Shown: one piece after another, positions 10,201 to 19,200 of the stretch
Position numbering within the stretch: position 1 is the stretch's first letter
How the letters are laid out: each line of letters begins with the position of its first letter
Source of the DNA: Elusimicrobiota bacterium
Lineage (GTDB): Bacteria > Elusimicrobiota > Elusimicrobia > FEN-1173
Reading direction: 5' to 3'
DNA length: 64,000 nt
NCBI GenBank assembly: GCA_016722575.1
Contig: JADKIY010000001.1
Location: forward strand, 704,810-768,809
Notes under the pieces: model-generated
What the model was told of the DNA's origin: nothing
The model's database searches: none
Seen by the model: the letters and a program-made list of their open reading frames with translations, nothing else
Translations under genes and position numbers: made by a program

Positions 10201-13200
10201 GCGGTGGCCCGCAAGCACGGGTGGGACGTCATGCGGAAATACGACGATCCCCAATCGGTGGTGGGCATCACCAACGGCGCCAACCTGAAGTGGTCGGCGG
10301 GGCTTTTTTGGGATTATTTGGACGAGGTGGGGCACGAAAACGCCGACCGCCTGCGGCCCACCGCGGAACAGGTCCGGGACGCCAAACGGCTGGCGAAGGA
10401 GCGATTTTTCACGGATTTGTTGGTCCATCCGCAGCATGTGGAAGAGCAATTCTACCGGCGGTTTCGATTCATTTTGAACGATCCGGCCAAACGGGGGGAG
10501 CCGACCCCCGCCGTGGACCCCGCCCTGTTGAGCCAGCCGACGGTGGGTTTTGTGGGACGGCTGGTGAATGAAAAATTCAACATGAACCGCGGCTGGACCA
10601 CCCGAAACATTGAAGAACTCGTCAAAGCCGGCTACAACGTCGTGTTGTTCGCTCCGATTCAGCAGAAAAGCGACCCCACCAGCCCCAGCGCCGCCATGGC
10701 CCGGACCCTGGAGGCCCTTTCCGGAAACTTGGATCGGGAGTGGCGGCCGGGACACGGCCGGCTGATTTACATCGATTCCCGGGATTCGGAACTGAAAAAA
10801 TCCGCCCTGGCCTCTTTGGATATCCTCGTCCTCGATTCGGACAAGGACACGGAAGCCAACGGGTACACGGAAGTCGCGGCCTCCGCCTCCGGGGCCCTCG
10901 TTCTGTCGCCGCCCTTTCACAACGGCGAAGGGTTGATTCGCGGCCAAGGAATGCCCATCGATTTCTCGCAACCCGGCCACGGAAACACCCTGATCCCCGA
11001 CAATCAAAAGCCGGAATCGTACGTGGCGGTCTTGAAGAAGGCCCTGGAGGTCTACCAACAGCGTCCCATGGATTTCGCCGCCCACCAGGCGACCTCGGTC
11101 CGTCTAAGCCGCGTGCTGGAAGCGCGTCTCACCGCGGCGGCTTCCCTGCGGGATTTCAACTTGAGCTACTCCCTCCCCCTGGGGGTCGCGACGGATCCGT
11201 TGTGGTTCGGCGGGGTGAGCGTGGCCGAAAATCAACCCGCGAACCTGGAAGCGTGGGTGCGCGTGCGCCCGGGCGTGGATGCCACCCACTTGGACGTCCG
11301 GGCCCGTCTGGGCGAAGTCCCCGCGGGCCCCGCCTGGGGCGGGGAATGGTCCAACGGCCGGGAAATCCGGCTGGAGCCGGCGGGCCCCGCGGTCACGGCC
11401 GCGGACGGTACCGTGGCCCTGCGTTTTGCGAAATCGGTGGAACTTCCCCGCGGCGCCTACGAATTCGTCGTGGAGTCCCGGGATCGCCGGGAACCCCGGT
11501 ATTGGGTCCTTCAGGACGGCATTCGCTGGGGGCAAAACAACCGTTTGCTGGTGGGAACCCCGGCCCCGACCGGCGCTCCCGCGGGTCTTCTGCCGCTTTG
11601 GCGGCCCGTCATTCAGAATTTCCGGTTTGCCGGCTGGTCCGACCGAACCACCGTCCGGGTCCTGGGCGTGGTCGAAGAACTTTTCCTGATGGGCGCGGTC
11701 ACGCTCCTGGGCCGGGTTTTGGAAATGACGTTGGGTCTTCCCAGCGGCGTGAGCTTGTTGCTTTCCGCCGGGACGGCGGTGGCTCTCTTCCCCCTGGGTC
11801 ACGTGGGCGGCGTTCACTTCTTTGAACCCAGCGGGCGCCTGAAACTTTATCAAGCCACGGCGCGGGATTTAACGAAGCTCACGATCCTGGGGGCCGGACT
11901 GCGCACCGTCCACCTCGGTTTGGCCCTGGGTCTGCCCTGGTTGCTCACGGCCCTGGCCGGCGCTCCGATTTTGGGCCCGCCGGGCGCGTGGATCGAATTG
12001 GCCGCGCAACTCCTGCCCTTTTTGGCCGTGCCCCTCCTCCACGGCCGCTACAACGCCAACCCGCCCCGGGGATGGCCGCTGGGGATCCTCTCCTTTCAGC
12101 ACGCTCTTCTGGCCATCCGCTGGGGCACGACGGTCTCGGCCGGATTCTTTGAGCGCTTCGTTCCCCGTCAAGGCGTGCCCGTGGGGGACGGGTACATTTC
12201 AAATCCTCGCCGGACGGCGCTCATCGACCGGACGGTCGCGGCCCTGGCCGGCATGGCCGACGCCCGACTCAACGGCCTCAACCCCCTTTCCCTTAAGGGA
12301 ATCCTCGACATTGTTTTGAAAAACGTGGAGCAACACGGCGTTCCGGGGGCGGACGCCCAGGCCGCCGCGCGGATCGACGGCGGGGATTTTCTGTTGGAAA
12401 TTCGAAACGAAACCATCGCCCCGTTGTCGCCGGAATTGAACGGTGAATTTTCCGTCGGCCGGAGCAACCCCCGCGTGGCGGTCGAAAACCGGTCCCCCGG
12501 AACGGGGTATGGCATCGGGGTGACCCGGTTGCCGGGTTTGGTCCGGGGCTTGTACGACGTCGGCGCCGCCGATTTCGCCGAGCGGGCCCGATGGTCCTGG
12601 ACCACGGACGCCGCGACCCGGGAAGTCGTTTTTCAATTGCGCGCCCCCCTTCCGCCCGCGCCCGCGGCGGGGAAAGCCCACGAATTTGTTTCGGAATGGG
12701 AAATTCCGGGCGCCGTTCCCGAAGCGCCGGCCCCGGTCCCGATCTGGGGGTTGGTCGGCCGTCGGTTCGTGGCCCTGACGGCCTCCGTGGCTCTCTTTAT
12801 GAGCGGATTGGTTTCGGATTCTTCTCGGGCCTGGTCCCATCCGGTTTCCCCGGCGACCCGCGAAGCGTCGGCCGTTCCCGCCGGCTCCGATCAACCGTCC
12901 GCCTTGCTTTCCGCGGGGGCGATGGTCGTTCCCCTGGCCTCCCGCCGTCGGCGCAACGATTTTTGGCATCAAGTCGAAGCCGGGAAACACCCGGGTTGGC
13001 GGCTTCTGCGCGTCCCGGGGGCGAACGGCGAAACCATCGAAGCCGCGGTGAAGGAATCCGGCCAGGGCCCCCTGGTGGTCTGGAATTACGGCGGCGGGGC
13101 GGGTCCCGTTTTGAATCGGCAAGCCGATTGGTTCGCCAACCGGCCCGGGGTGGTCGTTCGCCGGCGGGACGCCGACGCCCACGTCCTGGTGGGTCAAACC

Positions 13201-16200
13201 GCCGGGGACACCGTCACGGTTTTGGAACAAATTCGCTCCCGCGGCGGTCCGGATTGGTCGGACGGCGGCGCCCTCGTCGTGGGGCATTCCTTGGGCGCCC
13301 ACGTCGCCACCACCGTGGCTCTGCGCCTTCAAGCGATGTCGCCGGGGGCCGTGCGGGGGGTCGTTCTTCTCAATCCGCCGGTGCCCAATGGCCTTTGGTA
13401 TTCCATGTTGATCGGCTGGCTCTCCTTCTTGAAGGGCGTCAGCGAGACTTTGGATTCCTGGATGGAGGCCGCGCGCTTCTCCTCCGCCTCCCGTCGGTCC
13501 CTTCGCCAACAGGAATCCCAGTGGTGGGGCCATTTCATCGAAAACTGGATCCCCTCGGCGGACGACGCTCGAACGACGGCCGACGCCCCGCCGGCCGTCC
13601 CCTGGGCCCTCTTCAACGGGTGGGACCACTTGCTGTCCGAGTCCCGGGCCCTGGGGAATTATTTGGAGACGACGCTGGCGGAATGCTTGGCCGAACTTTC
13701 GCGACTGCCCGCTCCGTTGCTGGTGGTCGGATCCCCCCACGATCCCCTGTGGGGGGAATTCGCGGCTTTTTATCGCGCGCTCCACCTTCGCGAGGTCGGC
13801 GAATCCGACGTTCTTCCGGAAACGGCCGCCCGGGCGCCCGCCCGCTTGTACGTCGAATTGTCGAACGGCGGCCAGGACGTATTGGCGGAGCACTCGCCCC
13901 ACATGTCGGCCCGCGCCGATCGGCTCAACGCGATTCTGGAGTCCTTTGCCCGGGCGGCCGACGGCCGCGGCCGCGCGGTGGGAGCCATCGGCCACCGCGT
14001 GGAGTTGGATTCGATTCGCTGGGGTCCCGACGGCTCCCTGATTTTCGCCCTTCAGCGGCCCGGCGGCTTCCCCCGGGACCTGCCCATCCTCTCGGCGACG
14101 CCGACGCGTTTTTCCGTTAAAGAGTCGATCGGCCGCCTGCGCCTTCGGGGCGGGGACCGCGGGACCCGATCCTCCGCGGACCCCCTGCGGCCCTTGGCGG
14201 ATCTTTTGGACCAACGGAGAATGTCGGCGCCCGCGGTCTACCGATTCGAGGATTCCCCCTTTAACCTTCGGGGGCTGGCTTTCGCCGGCACGGGGCTTCA
14301 CAACGCCGCCCTGGCGATTCACCAGGACCTGGCCCAATCCCAAGCGATCCGCGATCTGGCCATCCTCCACGAATTCCTCGAATACCTCTCCGCCAAAGGC
14401 TTCCTGGTCTACCGCTACGCGGCCGAAGAAGGGCTTCTTCGGATGAGTTTGAAAGTCCCGGGGACCTGGAGCGACTTCCAACGCCGGTGGGAGATCGAAC
14501 TGCCGCCGGCCGCCGCCGCTCTGGCCGCCCGGGGGGCGGAACGGGCCCACTACTTCCACCGCGCCCTGACCGCGGCCGCCTTGAACGACCTGGATGGGGA
14601 ATTGACCCGGACCATCCGGGAATCGGTGCGCCGACGGTTGCGGGTGGTGTCCGCGGCGAACGTCGGCGGTCGGGATAGAACCCTTCAGCCCGTTGTTCGA
14701 CGCCTGCGCCGCAACATGGAATCCGAGCATTTCATACCGCTCCTGGCCGAGTGGCTCCTCCACACGGGGATCCCCCGGAAGGACGGGTCCTTCAATTTGT
14801 TGCGCATGGAATTCCGGGCCTTTCCCAGCGGCGTGGTGTTGGAACGGCACGGCACGCTGGAGGAGCTCGACCTGAAAAGCCGCGGTTTTCAAACCGTTCG
14901 GTCCCTCCGTTCCGGGGACGTGGTCGTCCTTCCCTATTTGTTGAGCCAATTGATCGACGGTTACCGCCAACGCGTGGCCGAAACCGGGAAAGAACCGGAC
15001 GACGTTCATCCCAACGCCCTGCTGATGGATTTCCTCACCGCTCTTCCCGCCGGGGTGGTGCTGGCCTCGGTGGAGATGCCCTCGACCCTCGGGCAGTGGG
15101 GCCTGGAGGGGGCGCCCCTCGAGGGCTGGCTTCGCAATCACGCGCTGTGGGACGTGCCGCTCTGGCGGTTCATCCACGACACGGGTTGGTTCGACAACGT
15201 CTTGCCCCGGGCCGTGCCCCTCGACGCCCTGGACGGCGACCGGTTGAATCTGGACAACGGGACGTTCCTCACGCTCCAGGTCAAGCGGGATTCCCGGCTT
15301 CCGTCCGGCGGCCGGGCGGCGACCGGCGCCGTGTTGTCGCTGGCGTCCCCGAAGGGCGGGGACGGCGCTTTGTCCTCCCTCCTGACGCGCCGCTGGACGG
15401 AAAACGTTCTTCGACGGTGGGGGTTCCAACCGTCCGATCGATCCGTTCGCCTCGTCGCCGCCCTGGGCGTGGCCTGGTGGTACGAATTTCCGCGGACCCT
15501 CGCGGCGACCCGATTGGCCGATTTCGTTTACGAACACCCGGGGCCCCGGTGGATTCGTGTCGCCGGTTTGGCGGCGGTTTACGCGACGATGGGGTGGGCC
15601 TTCCTGGAAACCCTTCAATTCATGACCGGTCAAGCGAACCTCGTGCGTTTCGTCGCGGCCACGGCGGCGGCCCTGTTGGCCAATCCCCTGGGTCATTTCG
15701 CGTGGAATCTCGTTTTCGTTTGGACGGGGTGGGAACTGACCCGCGGTTCCGCCGTCCCCGCCCTCCCCATCCGCGCGGCCGGCCGTTCCCGGAGCGGATG
15801 GCGGGTGAAAACGGATTTGAGCGAACTGGAATTCCGTAACCGGAACACCGCGCCCGAAACCTGGACGCCCATTCCCCTTAAAGCCGAAGACAACGGAAGC
15901 TCCGCCCTCCCCTTCCTTCGACGCCCCTACGAACTTTTCCCCCGGTCCCCCCGCCGGGAAGGACCCGACGCCCCGAGCACTTCGGAAGTGGCCTACCTCC
16001 GGGTCGTCAAGGCCCTGGAATCCCTCGGCGCCTTGACGCCTCGATTGCTTTCGTACGACCCCGCCGCCCGGTTCCAGACCCCGGGCAAATCGGAACTTTT
16101 CGGACTGCGGGCGTTCTCCCATTGGATGCAAAAAAGCGACGGGGACTTGGTGGGCACGCCCGAGGGGTTGTCCTTCGTCGTCCTTCCCGCCGAGCTCTTT

Positions 16201-19200
16201 TCGGACCCCGCCGTCGCCCCGGCCGATCGCCGGGAGTATCTCGGAACGGCCGTCCTGATCGAGGCCATAAAAATTTTGCGTCTGGCCGGTCGCCTGACCC
16301 TGACCCTGGAGCGGGACGAACGGGGACCTTGGTTGTTGCTCTCGGTAACGAACGCCCAGGGGCGGGTGGAAACTTCGCGCTTCCTGGTGTACGGCGAGGT
16401 GGCCCGCATCCTAAGCCACCACCGGGATTTCCACCATTTGGCGCGGGCCCTCGTCGCCTATTGGATCCCGACCGCCGAAAAACGATTGAACGATTTTCTG
16501 GTGGCCCGGGACCTTCGCGGCTACGTGGAGATTTCGCCGGCGGCCGCGACCGCCGCCGCCCGCCCGCCGGCCCCGTGGGGCCGGGTCGCGGCGGCGCTTT
16601 TGGTCGGCGCGGCTCTGTCCTTCGGTCTGCCCGGAACGGATTTCATTTCCACGGCCGCCGCGGCGACCTGGACCCCCGCTTCCCCCGTCCGGTGGTTGGA
16701 TCCGTCCTTCGTGGCGACCGCCCTGACCTTGATTTTGCTCGCCGCGGCGGCGACGGTGGAGCCGCTTCGGGCCGGACTCCGCCGGTGGCCGGACCGCCTG
16801 GCGGCCGCCAAGGATTCGATTTTGATGATGGCCACGAGCCGCGGTCCCCCGGGCGGCCGCGGTCGCGGCGGGAATGGAAAACTCGGCGGAGAAGGCCCCC
16901 GCGTACCGGCCCGTGAAAAGGCCGAATTGCTTTTCAAGTTCAATGGGAAAATCGCCCTGGCGCGGAACGCCGGGGATTTTGAAACCCTCCGGGAAATATC
17001 GAATTGGGTGAAAGGCCTATCGCTTCGCCACGATCCCGACCTGGAGGCCGCCGTCCAACGATTGATCGCCGTCCACGACAGCCGCCGGGATTATCACTGG
17101 CGGCGGATGATCGGCAACGAAGAGCCCGCCGCGACGATCCAAGACGAATTGAAGTCCCTTTTGTTGAGTCGCCTGGGTTGGTCGCCCTCCCGACCGGCCC
17201 CCGCCGAAACGGAACGCCGGGCGACCGTTCTGTCGGCGGAAATTTTCAGCCGCGATCCTCGCAACAGCCGGGAATTGGATCAATGGATCGGCGAGGCCGT
17301 AAGATCATTGAGTCGGGACCTCCCCGCCAACGGCGGTTTGGAGCCGGCGATCCCCGTCGTTCCTTCCCCGTGGACGGGCGTGGCCACCGAAATAAAATCC
17401 GCGTCGGGCGAATTGCTGGCCACCATCCAAAAGGACGAGAACCGAAACGGATGGGTTCGGTTCTACGATGCGTCGGGTCGTCTTCGCCGGATGGAAAGCC
17501 GGGATCCGGCCCGTCCCGTCGTGGTTGTGAGGGAAGTCGGCCCCGGGGGCCGGCTCGACACCGTGATCGGCGGGCCGCGCTCGGCGGGGGGCGCTCCCCT
17601 GTCCCCCGTGTCCTTGGAGACGGACCGGTTGATCGAGGCCTTGGCGAATTACCACCGGTGGATCGCGGACTACGCGTCCTCCTTGCGGCGTCAAGGGGTT
17701 TCCGTGGAAGAAGCGACCGAGGCCGTGGAGTCCGCCCTTCGCGCGGGTCGCTACCGTTTGGCCGAACTGGTCGTGCGGAGCTGGCTGGACCTCCCGGGCA
17801 TGTACCGCCGGGCGGTGAACGGCGAAGAATCCTACCCGAACGAATTTCAAAGCCCACGGTTTCAGGGGACTTTTGCCGATTTTGTCAGAACGGTCGGGGA
17901 ACGGGGGGCGGTCCACGGCCTGAACAGCGCCACCTTGAAGGAGAATTCGGACGGCTCCCATTATTTTGTCCACGAGTTGATGCCGTTTACCTTGCTGGAA
18001 AACAGCATCAATTATCACTTTGCGAACATGCGCAATGACCTCAGCCCGGCGGGGGAAAACGAGCGGCCCGTCATCCTCTTCTTCGACATTGAGAAGTTGC
18101 CGCCCTTGTCCATGAAAAACCCGCTGGAAGTCAAATTCCGCGAAATGGTGGAAGCGCCCTTGGTCGCCCTGCGGCCCGAGAGTCGGCGGGTCGCGGAATC
18201 CCTCGTTGGCCCCCTCGAAGGATCGGGGGCGACGGCCGACGTTCGCCGGGCGCTGGACGACGCCGCCGGGTGGGCGCCGACTCCGGGGGCGGGACGAGCC
18301 CAACGGGGATACTCCCTGCCAATCGTTTTGGTGGGTTTATCGTTGGGGACTTTGGTGGCCCTTTCCGTGATTCCGTGGATTGGAATTTTCCCGTCTCTGG
18401 CGGCGGGCCTCCTCTCCGCGATCGCCGTTGCCTTGGCGGCGGAGAATTTGTTGATCCTCCCCGGCATCCGGTACGGACCTTCCCGGGCCGCTTTCGAGAC
18501 CCTGCGCCGGGCGGTGGCGGCGACCCAAACCATTCCCGAGGACGACCGGGCCCTGGCCGACCTTAAGAAATCGTTTACGGAGTTTAAGGCCGCGATGAAG
18601 GAATCGGCGGGCGGGATGCCCGACGCCTCCTCCTACCGCGCCTTCATGTGGGCGTTTTCCGACGGTTTGGACGCCGTGGTTCGGGAAGTGTTCCGGCGCG
18701 CGGCCCGGAAGCACCGCCTCTTGAACCGCACGGCCCTGATGGCCCACGGCAGTTACGGGTCCCGTCGGCCGGGCCTGATATCGGACGTCGATTTGCACCT
18801 TCTGCTTCCGAACGACTTGGCCTACCCGGCCCCGGACAACGAGACGGGCGCCGCCGCCGAGGCCCTGTATTACGGATTGGAAAAAGTCCTGAGCGCCCAG
18901 GACCCCAAGCCGCTGAAGGATTATCAGCACGCCGGCGACGTTGAGCGCGCCATGGCCTTTTGGGAACCCAGGTCCCATGAGATGGGGAGTCTCTACACGG
19001 GCGTGGACGCTCTGCGGGTCTACGGGTTGAACGCGCGCCCGGTGGCCGGCAACGCCCGGTTGTTCGAGGAGGGCGTCCGGCCGGGCTACCGGCGCCTGCT
19101 TTCCCGAAATCGGCGCGAAATCCTGCGCGGGGTGATCTTGGAGAGGGAGGCCCAATTTGAAAGGGCCGATTCCAGCTTGCTGCGCCCGGATTTCAAGGCC

